Made by a program: the position numbers and the translations under genes. This document shows, piece after piece, positions 20,107 through 33,010 of a DNA stretch of 64,000 bases (the first letter of the stretch is position 1; each line of letters starts with the position of its first letter). The notes below the pieces were generated by a model that was not told the DNA's origin, did no database searches, and saw only the letters and a program-made list of their open reading frames with translations. Source of the DNA: Epithemia pelagica (lineage: Eukaryota; Protista; Bacillariophyta); the NCBI GenBank assembly GCA_946965045.2, contig OX337229.1, positions 2,790,001 to 2,854,000 of the forward strand. The letters run 5' to 3'.

Positions 20107-23100
20107 TCAGCTACTTCTGACTCGTTTCGGCGACGGTCCATCTTCGTCTTCTGTTTCTTCTCCTTCGCCACCACCATTCGTGGCATCCGAAGAAGATATA
20201 CGAGCCAAGGGACTTCCACTATCAGTACAAGTAGGTGAGGACGCGACTCCTGCTTCTTTCCTTTTTTGCTCTTCGTTGTACAAGATTTCATCTGCGGCAG
20301 CATAGGGCTCCCAGCCATCGGGACGATCTTCCGGACGAAGATGCTTGTAAAACGCCGGACGTAAAAAGATCATAAATCGAGAAACCTTGTGGTCAGGCGT
20401 CGGCACGCATTTCGGTCGGGTCTTCACTGTAATTTCTGCCAACTTCATTGTAACTTGGCGGTTTGATATGGTAGGGTTCTCTTCAATGAACTTGTTGATC
20501 AGGCTTTGACGTTCGCATGTGCCATAAGCCGTGATTCGACGGCAAAACTCAGGGAATAACTCATCGGGGATTGACATGCGCTTGTTCCCTTGTGACGTAA
20601 CACGAACTTTCAGTTGCCCATCGGATTTGACCATCATGAGCTTCTTCTTCCGTTTCGAGGCGGAGGAAATAGCGGTGCTGCTGGATTTCGTGACAGCGGG
20701 CGCTTTTGGTTTTGCTTTCGGACTAGCTGTGCTTGTTTCATACTTGCGCTTTTTCGATGGTTTCTTTTTCTCATCTTTCTTCGCGGAAGAAGTTCCAACA
20801 GTCTTTCCAGCATCTTTCAACAAGCGATTGCGCACCGTTAAGCGCATCAAACATAGTTTAGTGTTGGACGTCGTGCAGTTTACGCATTGCCCACAGATAG
20901 GAACTTTAAGAACTTCCTTGTTAATACGAGCTTCAAGTTCGATTCCTTGCTTGATTTCATCGGCCACTTCTTTGTCTTTCGTCGCGGTTGCGCCGGTCGC
21001 GGGCCTCAGGCCGATACAGCTGTAGTTCACGTACTGTGCTCCATCATGAATCGTTTTCTTTGTCTCTTCAGCTACTTTCAGTGCTCTCTGCGTTTGGACC
21101 TCAATCTCCCGAAGCCGATATACAGCAGCTTCCTGTTCCTTCAATCGTTCGGCAAATGAAGTCCTAGATTCCGTCGACAATCCACTTAGATTTTGCGGTT
21201 CTTTCCCATCCAACAATAGCTCCTGGAATCGCTTCTCCCAGTTGTCCACTTCCATGACCGAGTCAAGTGTCTTTTGTGCAGTCACAACGGCGGGGGGTCT
21301 CTTATTCTTGATCGCCTTTTCGCGCGCTTCGAGTTCACGTTCCATCTGGCGCATTCTGTAGTCAACACGCTTCGCTATTGACGCAACACTCATGCCTTGA
21401 ACTGAATGTTGAAACTTTAATCGAGAATCCGTCCGGATCTCTTCTCTTACTAAATCCCAATTCCCGTATCCATGCTTCTCAACAGCACACAGCAGGGCGC
21501 GATCTTGTTCTTGTGCAAAATGGGTGGTTCCCTTGTTTGCGAATGTCATTTCATCCCGGGGCGAATCAAATTTTTGAATAAACTGTGAAAGCAAGGCACT
21601 AAGTTTTTTCTGTTTCGCAATTTTCTTTTCGCCTCGTTCAATTGTCCCGCTGACACGTTCCCATTCTTTTTTCAGCTCTGTTGGACCATACTTCCAAAAT
21701 GCTTGGCTGTAAGGCACAATCAACTCTTCTGGCATATCCAGTTCTGCCGCAATGCTCGAGTAATCATCACGGCCAAACTTCGCACACGCCTTCACGAAGT
21801 TGAAGTACTGAGTACGGGTCCAGTCGCCGAAACCTTCCGCAATCAATTCTGCTTTTTCCTGGCCAAGTTCTGCCGGGAGTAACGATCTATTTGCTTCCAT
21901 GTGTTCACGGGGTGGTAATTGACCGGCTTCACGCATTGCCGCGTAGGTTTCGAACTCCAGTTTGTCCAGTTCCAAGAGTCTCTCACGATTGTAGAATTGA
22001 TGGTCTTCCATCTGTGGGATGCGAAGGCATTTTGGGAGCTTGATTCGCCGATTATTGACAACCATGGACTTCTTTGGGGCTATAATGGGATTGTAGCTGG
22101 TGGGTGGAGGACGACGCTCCCGCTTGCCCACCGAATTCGCCGCCAACATCCGAAGATGGTCCCGAAGATCCTTGTCACTGTAATCGACACCTTCAAAAGT
22201 TTGAGCAGAGATACCCCCGTCCAGCCGAAAGTCAAGAAGATCTCCTTTGTCTTTCTCTTGGATCTTCTGTGCCAATTCCTTGGTTTTCGCCTCGCCACGT
22301 GCCAAAATCACATCAATATCTTCATCCGTAATTGTCGATTCTTCCGACCGAAATACAGTATCAGCTCCAAACCGAACAGCAGCCATGATCTCTTCCTTGG
22401 ACACTTTATCCTTGTCCTTGAGTCGGCCCTGTTGAACAACCATGGCATCCAATTTGAGCTTCTGTTGAGCGCGCTCGACTATTTTCTCTTCGACTGTGTT
22501 CTCTGAAACAAGGCGGAACACTTGTACCTACAAGAGTTAAAGAGTGAGATGTACAAAGTATCTGTTGTTCGAAACCATCATGACATGAAATGAACTCACT
22601 GGTCTCTTTTGGCCTAAGCGATGACAACGGTCTTGGGCCTGTAGATCCTGTTGGGGATTCCAATCACTGTCATACAAAATACAGGTATCGGCTGTTTGCA
22701 AGTTGATCCCCAGACCACCAGCACGAGTTGAAAGGATGAAACAAAAAATATCACTACCTGGTTTGTTGAACGCTTCAATTGAGGCTTCGCGGTCATCGTA
22801 CGTTGTATTCCCATCAATCCGGCAGTATTTGTAGCCCCGCATGACCATGAAATCCTCCAGAATGTCAAGTACACGCGTCATCTGGGTAAAAATCAACACA
22901 CGATGCCCCTTCTCATTCAGGCGCTTTAAGAGCTTGTCTACCATGGACAACTTTCCACAGTTCTCGACTAAATGCTCACCCAAAGGATCCAACGTCCGAT
23001 CTTCGACACCTTCAAATAGATAGGGGTGTCCACAACATTTGCGCAGTTGCATTACAATGTTCAATACAGCGGTCCGATTTTTCCCTGCCGCTTTGCCAGT

Positions 23101-25110
23101 GATGCTATCAAGATCACGCAGCAAAAGTTGTTTATAAAGCTTCTTCTGCATCGAGCTAACCTAATGGTTAGATCATCATTATATTGAACCACAACAAGCA
23201 TTCAAGAGATTCCTCGCGTACCTCATTCCCACCATTAGAATAGTTTCAGTTTTGGGTGGCAAGCCTTTTGCCACGTCAGCCTTCAATCGTCGGAGCATGA
23301 AGGGCCGTAAAACTTTGTGCAACTGAGAGATCATAGTTTTCTTCGCCTCTTCATCGTCTACTTCCAAGTCGAACCATTCATCGAATTGTTCCGACGACGA
23401 AAATATATCAGGCTGTAAGAGTGAAGTTACGAGGTGAGTGTGTGGGTAAAGCGACGAAACAAGCACCATTCACCGATGACCGATAAACTTACAAGCAGAT
23501 AATTTAATAAAGCCCAGAGTTCGTGGAGGTTGTTTTGCAACGGCGTCCCAGTCAACAGTAACCGATTCGACGTACGAAACGAGCGGACTGTCTTGCTAAA
23601 CATGCTGGCATCGTTCTTTAATCGATGAGCTTCGTCAATAACAAGATATTTCCAGGCAAATTTCTGAAGGGTTCGCCGTTCTGTATTGGCAACTTCATAC
23701 GTGGTCACGCAGACATCAAACTGACGGGGATTGTCGCTGTTGTCATCCACCAGTTCACCCTTTTCATTTGTTATTTGTTTGTCCGGGCGGCGGCCATCAT
23801 GGGCTGCAGCTTCGTTCGTAAAAAGATTCTCAACCATGCTTTCGCGATCTTCCCGACTTCCATGAAACTTAAGAACTCGTAAAGAGGGACACCATCTGGC
23901 CAATTCAGCCATCCAGTTCGAAAGCGTCGACTTCGGAACACAGACAAGGTGAGGTCCTTGGCTGTTCCGATATTCATAGTGGTAGGCCATGATGGCAATG
24001 GACTGAACAGTTTTCCCCTGATGAGATGGAATAAAACACGTAAGTTGATAAGTTGCACTTCCTTTTCTATGCGGCCACAATTACGGTTGATACACTTACT
24101 AGTCCCATTTCATCTAAAACGAATCCAAATCACCTGGTTTGAGAAAACAAAATATCGTATACAGAAATTGAGAAAATGCACCTACCTGCCAAGATTCCAT
24201 TCAATCCCTTTTCGGATAAGTGAATCATCCAATTGAGGGCTTCAAGCTGATAAGGCTTCAACGATCCGAATTTGATGCAGGATGGCTGTTGCGTAAGAAA
24301 AACATGTTCCTCGTTCTCCATTTCTTCTTCGTCTTCACCTTCTCCGTTCTCGCCATCACCTTTGTCATTTTGATGATGGGCCCGAGATTTTCCCGGTGAT
24401 TCTTTCTTCCCACCAGCTTGCTGTTTGTGCTGCCCCGGTCCTTGCAATTTGGCAAAAATGCTGGATTGTTTCAGCAAGTACTCGAGTCGTTGATTGGCTT
24501 TCTTTGCTTCTTCTCTATCTAATTTTCGATGTTGTTTAGCCAAGGCTTGCTCTTCTTGCATTCTCTTACGTTTGCGCTCTTCACCCTCCTTTCTCGTTCT
24601 TTCCTTTTCACGTTGTCGCTCCTCGAGTTCTTCTTGATCCATCTCCGATAATCTTTGTTGTCGGCGGCGTTCCTTGGCCTCCTCTCGGGCTGCACGTTCC
24701 CCCTCAATTCGTTGCCTTGCCCCACGTGAACTGGTTGCTTCACCTTCTTGAACCGTCAATGCCTGTCTGCGCTCTTCTACAATTGCCAAGGCCTTCGCAT
24801 CCGCCTCCAACGATTCCCGATTGAAGCGCTCCTTGTCTTGTGCTTCCTTCATTAAATACTTCTGGCGATCTGCATCCGAAAGAGCCCTCCATCGGCTAGC
24901 CAACTGCGACAAAGGACAAGCAATGAATCACCTGTGAGCGGAGAAAGGTTTCTTCCGGATCTGCTCTTCCCCTTGTTCATCGTAAGTACCTACCTCTGTC
25001 ATGGCATCTCCCATGCTTGCGCCTTGCCCAAGCTCAGCGCGGACCTTGGATAGATGATCCGACTGATAATACAAAAAGGCCGTTCTAGCCTTTTTCACTT
25101 GAGGCGCCAT
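20107..25110 (-). CDS. ISWI: ISWI-family SNF2 chromatin remodeler with N-terminal HMG box; 7 exons
   Basis: Exons (minus): 25110-24994, 24903-24186, 24113-24100, 24017-23493, 23412-23222, 23155-22600, 22527-20107, all GT-AG. Motifs ADEMGLGKT, VIDEAH, LLTGTPLQNNLHELW, STRAGGLGINL, QAQDRCHR, followed by a HAND-SANT-SLIDE-like region. Confidence 0.95.
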
Positions 25111-26324
25111 GGTGAAATTAAAATGAAAGCTGTTCAATACGAACAAAGTTGATCAACGAGCGAGAGATATTCCAATGAATAGTATTTTGTTGTTGGGCGA
25201 GAACGGTTCAGCGTTGCCGGTGTACTGCTGTTCGGCGTAGTGTGGTGCCGTTGGTGCCGCAGGTTCGTTCAACTCAAATAGCGGAATCGTATTTTTTTGA
25301 ACTTGGCCTACCTTGGGCAACCGAGTCGTACCTCTATACGGCGTGTTGTTCTTGCTATGGCCTACGGTCCGATTTGCATGAATCAACCTGAAGGTTGGAG
25401 TGACAAGCGTTGTGGGATTCAACCTGAATGAGCTCGAAGCGACGTTTGCCCCAGTGCGAATATAGCGGTTGGATAAAAACCACAAACAGCTACAATGCTT
25501 GTTGGTGCTTCTTGCGATCCGACCTCTTCTACGCGGTAAGATATGCCGACAAAAGCGCGGTCAATAGCAAATACTAATGGAAGAATGACAGTGAGAGACA
25601 AAATCAAAGGTGGAAAGAAACCGAGTCACAACAGCGAGTAGTGCAACTGCAGGTCTGTGGAGCATTGTGACACAACCACACAGCAAAACATTCGCTGCTG
25701 GGTTTCTTCGGCTGGGGAACGAACACACAAAAGCAAATTCAGAAGCTAACGACCTATTTCGACAAATGCGCAATCCAAAAGGCACGAGATGAAAGCTGGG
25801 TTTCGCCCTCACAAACTCAATACGGTCAGTCAAAACGTCGTACGACGGACAGAGATATGCAGACTCAACACAACTAGGCGTGACCATGGTACAGAGCAAA
25901 CGTTGAATAATGCAAGAGTTTGTCTGGGAACGCTTTTGTGAATGTCAGTGTCAGGGGGCAATCTTTCACGGAAAGCGACTCCCGAAATGTGTCCTGCGTT
26001 CAAACATAACGGTGGTCATATATCATTACGAGACTCAACCGCTCGGGATATAAGGATGGCGCGCGCGGGCAACAAAAAACCCTATTGTCTAACGCGTCGA
26101 AAGAAACAACGATGGGGGGGACACAAAGTGCTGCACCTATACCAATGTCTATGTCCGTTGCATCAAACACATGACCCACCAGATTCTCTTCTCGTGGGAA
26201 TGCGGAAGACCTCTGTCCATTTCAGTCATAACTCGATCACAACTACTTCCCGTTGTATGCCAAATGCCAAAGCATCTCAGAATTTTGAAGATTGCTGACT
26301 GAGTTCAATATCTGTAGTGTGTTC

Positions 26325-28477
26325 ATGAGTATGATGAAATCGGACAATCGCAACCAGGATCTGACCATGGTGGCAGAATCAACAGAGTCATCATCCACCA
26401 ACATCCCAAAAACAAGCTTCATACACGGAACTACAGCGATGGAAGATGACGAGAGTGTTCATCGAGAAGACTTTGAGGATGAAACTGCTATGCCACAGGA
26501 AGGTGACCACCACCACAAGGGGGTTGCTTCACAGACTCCTCCCCGAAAATTCAAAGCCAGGTACGAAGCACAACAACCTCCTCCGAGCGAAATGTCAGAA
26601 GCCGATGTGGGAATTTTCCAACGCCTCGACGCGGAGTATGATCGAGCCATGGAAGAGCGGGAGGTTTCCTATTCCGCTCGGTACCAAAGTGTTCGACAAT
26701 CTGCTTGCTTTGCAGTTGGCTTCATGGCCATCTATATGATACTCGGCACGATTTACTTCATGAAACAAGCCGACTGGACTGTCGAAGAGTCTCTCTTTTT
26801 CGGAATCTACACCATCACCACAGTGGGATGTAAGTATGGTTTTCTCGTCTTCTTTTGAGTTTCAGTGTCGCCCGATCGAACTAAATAAATAATGGAACTC
26901 TCGATAGGGAGTCCCGGGACCCTCATGGTTATACCCAACACTCACACAATGGTTCTGTATGGTACTTGACAGATGGCAATCTCGATACTCCTGAGACTCC
27001 TGCGTTTCAACTATATACAATATTCTTCATTTTGATTGGAATGGCAACCTTGACAATCATGGTGGCTCAAGTCTATCAATGCATTGCACTCGAGGCAGGT
27101 CGCGCCCAGCATCATCGAGATCAGTCAGAAATGCTGCGGCGGGGAGTCGACCTGACAGCACAGACCAATAAAAACAGTGGACGTGGGGGAGGCTTCAATC
27201 AATCTGTCAATTTGCATACCAACGTGCCCATGGTGGAACGAGTCACTAGTACCTATGAACGTACCAAGACTTTTCTGGTGCACAACGAGATTGGCCGTGC
27301 AATCTCGGTGGTTCTTCCCTTTGTTGGACTCGTTTCGTTGGGTGCTGCGGTTGTGGGATCACTCGAAGGTTGGACCATTGTGGAGTCACTGTACTTTGCT
27401 GTTGTTTCAATGACTACTGTTGGTTTTGGAGATTATGTTCCCACCGAACGCTCGAGTCGTCTCTTTTGTATTTTGTGGCTCCCGTTTTCAATCGGATTTA
27501 TGTCCTTGTACCTGGGTAACATTGCTGCATTCTACATTCGACTCTCTGACCGAAACATTGCTCGGATCGAAAGTAAGCTGAGACGAAAGGTTGATGGATT
27601 GAAGCAGCGATCTGAACTTGAAAGGGAGGCAGCCCGGAAACGGGCGCTTCGGGGACAAGAATCCTCTCAGGGATCCGCAGCTCCACTTGAAGGGAGTCCG
27701 CATAGTGATAGCCGTCGGCAAGATGATTTTCACTCTATCCCTTCTGGTGAACGTTCTGAAAGCACGTCAGAACGGAAAGTTTCTGGCCATCACGAAAGGC
27801 GAACTCGTGTTATGCAGAATCACTTGGGGGAACAGAAGAAGTCAGCAGATGAAACCACAGGGGCAACCATGACTACGATGAATGATGTCTTACGCACCGT
27901 TCACGAGGGAATCAATTCCTCGGACCATTCGTTCAAAGGAGGGCCTGAATCTGAGTTCCTTTCATTCCGTTCAAGCAAACTTGTCACGAGTAACTCGCTC
28001 GCTGGTGGAGGATCAGTTCGCAAGCCCTCGTTTGCTCTACGCGCTCTAGTACTAGAGAGGCTCTCTGAAATCATCGCAGCCGAAGTTGCTGGATACCAGA
28101 ATGATGTGTCGATTAAGGACTCAACCTTGACTGTGACCATTGGAACACTAAAAAGCACAACCGAGAAATGGCTGATCCCTCGCAGGGCACGTCGTGCATT
28201 TCGTGCCGTAGCATTTGAATCACTCTACTTTGTTGGCGAGCATGGCTTGATCACACGGGGGGCGAGTGCCCTTTTTGACTTGAATCCTTTTGAATTTCAT
28301 GGTTTGTTTGCCCCTCTTCTGGCTGCCTTTGGGGATGCCGAAACTATGGAAGGATGGCTAGCAAGCACTGAGATTCTAGCGGAATACGATCTTCATAAGC
28401 CAAATTCGGCAATTGTAGATGTGGCTATTTACCCTCCGAAAGACGAAGCCGAGTCTCAGGACAAGTCGATCGTATAA
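26325..28477 (+). CDS. Two-pore-domain K+ channel (TPK/K2P-like); intron 26830-26972
   Basis: Two pore loops, TITTVGYGN (spliced) and SMTTVGFGD, each flanked by TM helices; long C-terminal domain. Confidence 0.9.
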
Positions 28478-28851
28478 CAGACAAACTAATACTACATGAC
28501 CACCTACCTGGTCTCGTACTCCTAGGAATACGTAGACGGTAGGCTTCCTTCCCGGGTTCTGCACATACCGCGCGAAACTTGCTTCCAAGCACGGAATCAA
28601 TCCCTAGCGTTCAGAACCTGCGAAACCAGAAACATTCGATATACTGACGGCAGAATGCAACAAGCTACTTTTTTAGGAGTAGTTGGCGATTTGCCGGCAC
28701 ACCCCCACACCCACACGCAGACTCTCATCTCTCTCATACAACACACAAATTTTCAGAAGGTAGGCTGCTGTTTGTTGTCAGTCTCATGTGTTGATGGATG
28801 CCGGTTGGAAATAGAGAGGATTGCATAACCTTTCTAAGCTACAGAGATATC

Positions 28852-29571
28852 ATGGCCCCCAAGGAAATGTTCATTGTTCAAAAGTGCTGGTTCGATGGGC
28901 CGAATGTTCAACCTCCTCAGGACTACCGTGCTCTCTTCTCAGATCGCACCCAAGCAGAGGAAGTCGCATCCCGGTCTGCTTACATGCATGCAGAACACTG
29001 TCAAGCTGTCGTACGCACTATTCTCCTTGGCAATGTATATGCTTTCTCAGCTGGAGGTGATCTGTTCTGGATCCGTTCTGTGGCTGTGGATGTTGGAAGT
29101 AACAACATCAACACCGGGAATTCATTATCGTGTAATGGGGCTCATGCAATCTCTAATAGAGGGGTGATTGGCGGAACGGGAAACCTTAACAGCCGAAGGG
29201 GATCGGAAGTTCAATCAGGGGTTGTTTTTGTGGGTCCCGACAGTCATTCTCTGGCTCTTCAGGTATTGATGCGTGGTGGGGCTCCCGCGAATAGCGAAAT
29301 CACGTACATGCCGTTTGGGCCTTTGTCGAATCTTCTGGACGGTTGGTCTGTTGGCAGCATGAAAAAAGATCGTACATCATTGGATCTAGAAGAATCGTTG
29401 AAGAAGCGATCGGCGATGCAGGCATCGAATGTGGTCTTACACAATGAGGCTCTTGCGGAATGTTCCGACTTTCGACCTTTGAAGCGACACTGCCTCAAGG
29501 CTGACACTCAATACATGTTCGCTCATCCGCGTTCTGTTGAGCAGATCGATGCAGTCATGCACAGTTCCTAG
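28852..29571 (+). CDS. Uncharacterised protein
   Basis: About 240-aa ORF (MAPKEMFIVQKCW...) with a globular-looking N-terminal part. No recognised family. Confidence 0.6.
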   Translation: MAPKEMFIVQKCWFDGPNVQPPQDYRALFSDRTQAEEVASRSAYMHAEHCQAVVRTILLGNVYAFSAGGDLFWIRSVAVDVGSNNINTGNSLSCNGAHAISNRGVIGGTGNLNSRRGSEVQSGVVFVGPDSHSLALQVLMRGGAPANSEITYMPFGPLSNLLDGWSVGSMKKDRTSLDLEESLKKRSAMQASNVVLHNEALAECSDFRPLKRHCLKADTQYMFAHPRSVEQIDAVMHSS

Positions 29572-31128
29572 GGAAGGAAGGAAGCATACGCTCGTCTGCT
29601 ATGGGGAAACAATCATTTTCTGAGGTTGCTGTTCCAACAAGCACCAACAACATCAACTATTCCTTCAGAAACCTGTATGAGAACCTTGGACTGCTGGCCG
29701 TACAGTCCGTTCATACCGGCGTGAGTTACGAGATCTATACGTCATCGGAAATTCAAAGGGTACGGCCCTTCAAGCGGAGACGTTTCATGTAAATATACGC
29801 AGGATGGAACTAGTATCGGGATCCGCTAAATCTAGGCATCTATGCTGGACAGCCATTGTATTCCTTCCTCTTGTGCTGAGCTAAGTCTTGCTTTCTTGTC
29901 TTCTTCATCGTAATCATAATTCGTTCACACTCCTGGTATGTATATCCTGGTGCAACGAGCACTGATTCTCCTCCATTGTTTCCGAAGCATCAATGATCAC
30001 TTGTTGGAAAATTCATGGCAAACACGTTCAAATTGTTGCATGAAAACCTCATCCAGTCCTTATGGAAAGATGCGCCTCTGTGGTGATAGCCGCATAAATT
30101 GAATGCTCACTTCTCTTCTTCCAGATCTAGAGCTCGAGAAAGAGGACATTCAATATTCAATATCCGTACGAGTACGAGTACGAGTAGGTATTTCTCGTAG
30201 TTGTTTAAGGTCGTGGTGGAAGGTGGGAAAATCGCAAATCCATCGAGCAGGGGGGGGCGGGGTACTATAGAAAAAAGAGAGTTTGCGGGATTTGGAGCAA
30301 CTACCCTTGAACTGCCGCCACATTGCATGCGTAGCGGTTTTTAAGAAAATAGAATTCATTTCGTCAGGCTAAATTCTTCGAAGAAGAAAAGAAGGGGGGG
30401 CCGTTCCTACCGGGACAAATTCTAGAGGAATATCGGCCAAAAAAGGTTTGAATTGGCGTTTTTTTTTCTTGTATGGATGTCAGTGGGAAAACGGGGGGTC
30501 TTCTGTAGGACAGTGCTAAAAAGTGTACATTTTTCAAAAATATTTTTAAAACGCGTCGGATTTTGCCGGGACTTCCCTGGATTTTAAAATAAGGGATTAG
30601 CCGGCTCTTTACTATTGCTGGCGTCTTGTCAACGTTGAATCCGCGGGAATCTCATAGTTGTGTGATTGTACGGGAACTAACGACCGCTCAGAAAAATGTT
30701 GGAATCAGGAAATATGGGAGAAATCAGCCAAAATAATGGCAGACGAACGATATCGAAGAGTGGGCAAAAATATACTCTGGCGGTAGCCCCTGTTACATCC
30801 CCTGTGCTATGTTGTATTGTATGTAGGCGAACGACGAACAACGGAGAGACCGCCACTACCCCAATCATATTGTAGCCGGACGCGAGACATACGCACAGAC
30901 CTGCAGGGTCTGGCGAGAGGCGATTGGCGATGCGGGGGTTTTGGTTGGGGGACATTGGGGCCCAAGAGAGTTTCGCCATTCCAGTAGACGACATTTTGAG
31001 TTATTTCAATGATTCGTCCCACTCAGACTCAGGTCGTCGTCGATATCGCACATGGTGAATGGTGAATCCTTGTATAGACCCCGACAGGTTGAGTGATCCT
31101 CGTAGAAGGCTTAAGCGGAACTGGTGGC

Positions 31129-32730
31129 ATGGTGTCTGTCGCGCACAAGGCAAAGAGAAGACGACAAGGTCGGGCCCAGGATCGTATTAGCATTGCCATA
31201 AATTTTTTCCTCTGTATCACAGTCATGTCATGGCTAAACTTTTTCTTTGATTACGTTGATGAAGCCAAATCAGTACATGGTGAGACTGCCATAAAAGAAG
31301 CCGTGAAAGAATATCAGCAGCTCGAGTCTCCGGTACAAAATGACGTTGACATTGATCACACAGGGGAAAATGTCGAAAGGCTGAGAAAGGGCAGCTCGCA
31401 CGAAGCAAAAGAAATCCAGGCATCCCACATTCCCGACGGAAATAACAACAAACCAGATGAAATTCGCAACAGGATACAAGCCGAAGAAACGAGCGACATC
31501 GACACCGAATCCATCGCAAGTACGACAGAGGAAACTGGTGACTCGACAGTGACGTCCAAGACAAGAACAACAACAGCAGATATCATGGCGGAAAACCCGG
31601 GGATAGAAAGGAAATTTCAAAATGAAACGCACATCGAAAGTTACGAAGAGGAATTCGCACGACTTACTGTGGCCGATCCCACCCAAAGGACGGTTGCCTA
31701 TACACCCCTGAGCTTTTACTCGGGATATGTAAACGAACTGATGGTTTTCTCATCGTTTGTGGTACAAGCATACGACCGCAACTTCACGCAAATTCTACTC
31801 CGAGGATTCCGATGGAAAGACGTTTTTGCCACAAACAAAAAAATATTTCATGAGAAGTTGTTCGATGTGGTACATTGGAACAAAAACTATGCTGTTCCAA
31901 CACCGGAAAACAACTTTCGAGCAGCCCTCCCGCGACTCGTGGTGCACCATCCGTCCATGACCGACTACGACCCCCAAAAGGATTATTGGGCTGGAGACTA
32001 CCGAAACGCCACCCGTCCATACGGGTTTGGTGGCAGACAGAATATGTTGTTTTCTTGGTACAAAAATTACAGAAAGAAAAATCCGAATTCGCGTCACCCT
32101 TCTGATCTGGCGATTTTAAAAGGGGCCCTCCGACCCCATCCAGATCTCCAAAGTCTCATTAATCGAGCCAAGGAGTCCTTGCTGCCATCTTCGGGTAAAA
32201 CTTCTTCGTCTTCAGGCTACATGTGCTTGCACCCACGCGTCGAGCCTGATATGCAGAAGCATGGCGTCTGTCGGGATAAAAAGGTGGTGAGTTTGGAGAA
32301 AATCATAGACGATTTGTATGTTCTGTTTCCTTCCCCTCCAGTGGATCGAGTGTTGATTGTTCTTTTTCGAAAACTTTTAGAAGACGAAGATGCCTCACAA
32401 AACGAACTTGCAGGGAGGAACTTGGCCCTCCTGAATCGACTACGGAAAGAGGGAATGTGGAACGGAACTGTTCCCGTCTACGAGGCTGGGACCGGTTTCC
32501 TCCCCCGAGACTCGTACTATGGCACAAAAGCATCGAGCATAGCCGGGTCCATTTTGAACTACAATTTGGCTCTGGATGCTGATATATTTGTGGGGTCACC
32601 AGTATCCAGCTATGCCATGCAGGTTATGGCAACCAGATACAACCGCAACAACACACGCAATTTCCTCTACCTGCCCGATGGAATCAAACAGCTTCCTCAA
32701 GATGAGGAGCCTCCACGCTTTGTTTGTTAA
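31129..32730 (+). CDS. Type II membrane glycosyltransferase, O-fucosyltransferase-like (GT-B)
   Basis: N-terminal basic stretch + TM helix, acidic stem, YMCLHPRVEPDM and ADIFVGSPVSSYA motifs. Confidence 0.7.
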   Translation: MVSVAHKAKRRRQGRAQDRISIAINFFLCITVMSWLNFFFDYVDEAKSVHGETAIKEAVKEYQQLESPVQNDVDIDHTGENVERLRKGSSHEAKEIQASHIPDGNNNKPDEIRNRIQAEETSDIDTESIASTTEETGDSTVTSKTRTTTADIMAENPGIERKFQNETHIESYEEEFARLTVADPTQRTVAYTPLSFYSGYVNELMVFSSFVVQAYDRNFTQILLRGFRWKDVFATNKKIFHEKLFDVVHWNKNYAVPTPENNFRAALPRLVVHHPSMTDYDPQKDYWAGDYRNATRPYGFGGRQNMLFSWYKNYRKKNPNSRHPSDLAILKGALRPHPDLQSLINRAKESLLPSSGKTSSSSGYMCLHPRVEPDMQKHGVCRDKKVVSLEKIIDDLYVLFPSPPVDRVLIVLFRKLLEDEDASQNELAGRNLALLNRLRKEGMWNGTVPVYEAGTGFLPRDSYYGTKASSIAGSILNYNLALDADIFVGSPVSSYAMQVMATRYNRNNTRNFLYLPDGIKQLPQDEEPPRFVC

Positions 32731-33010
32731 GAATCTGTATGCTTGATGATTGACAAATACCTTTGGCATCATCTGTTCTAGGAATACTCATAAGAGTAGG
32801 AGTAGGTGAGCTTTAAAGAACTAAAAAGGCTACTGCTGTTACCTGCTCAGACTTCTAAACCTTATCCCTTTCGTATTTCGTATACGCGGAACAGAAAACA
32901 GAAGAATCATCGCGAGAGAAACACAACGACCATTATCGATGACAGAATTTGCCTTCTCTGGCGCTATCTGTGAAGAGATAACAACCGGTTGCTTGCCCCT
33001 CTGTGTCACA

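Noticed and set aside
30330-30620. AT-rich segment with homopolymer runs and short palindromes (AAAAATATTTTT) as a MITE or origin
   Set aside because: No terminal repeats or TSD could be defined; consistent with a promoter or nucleosome-depleted region.
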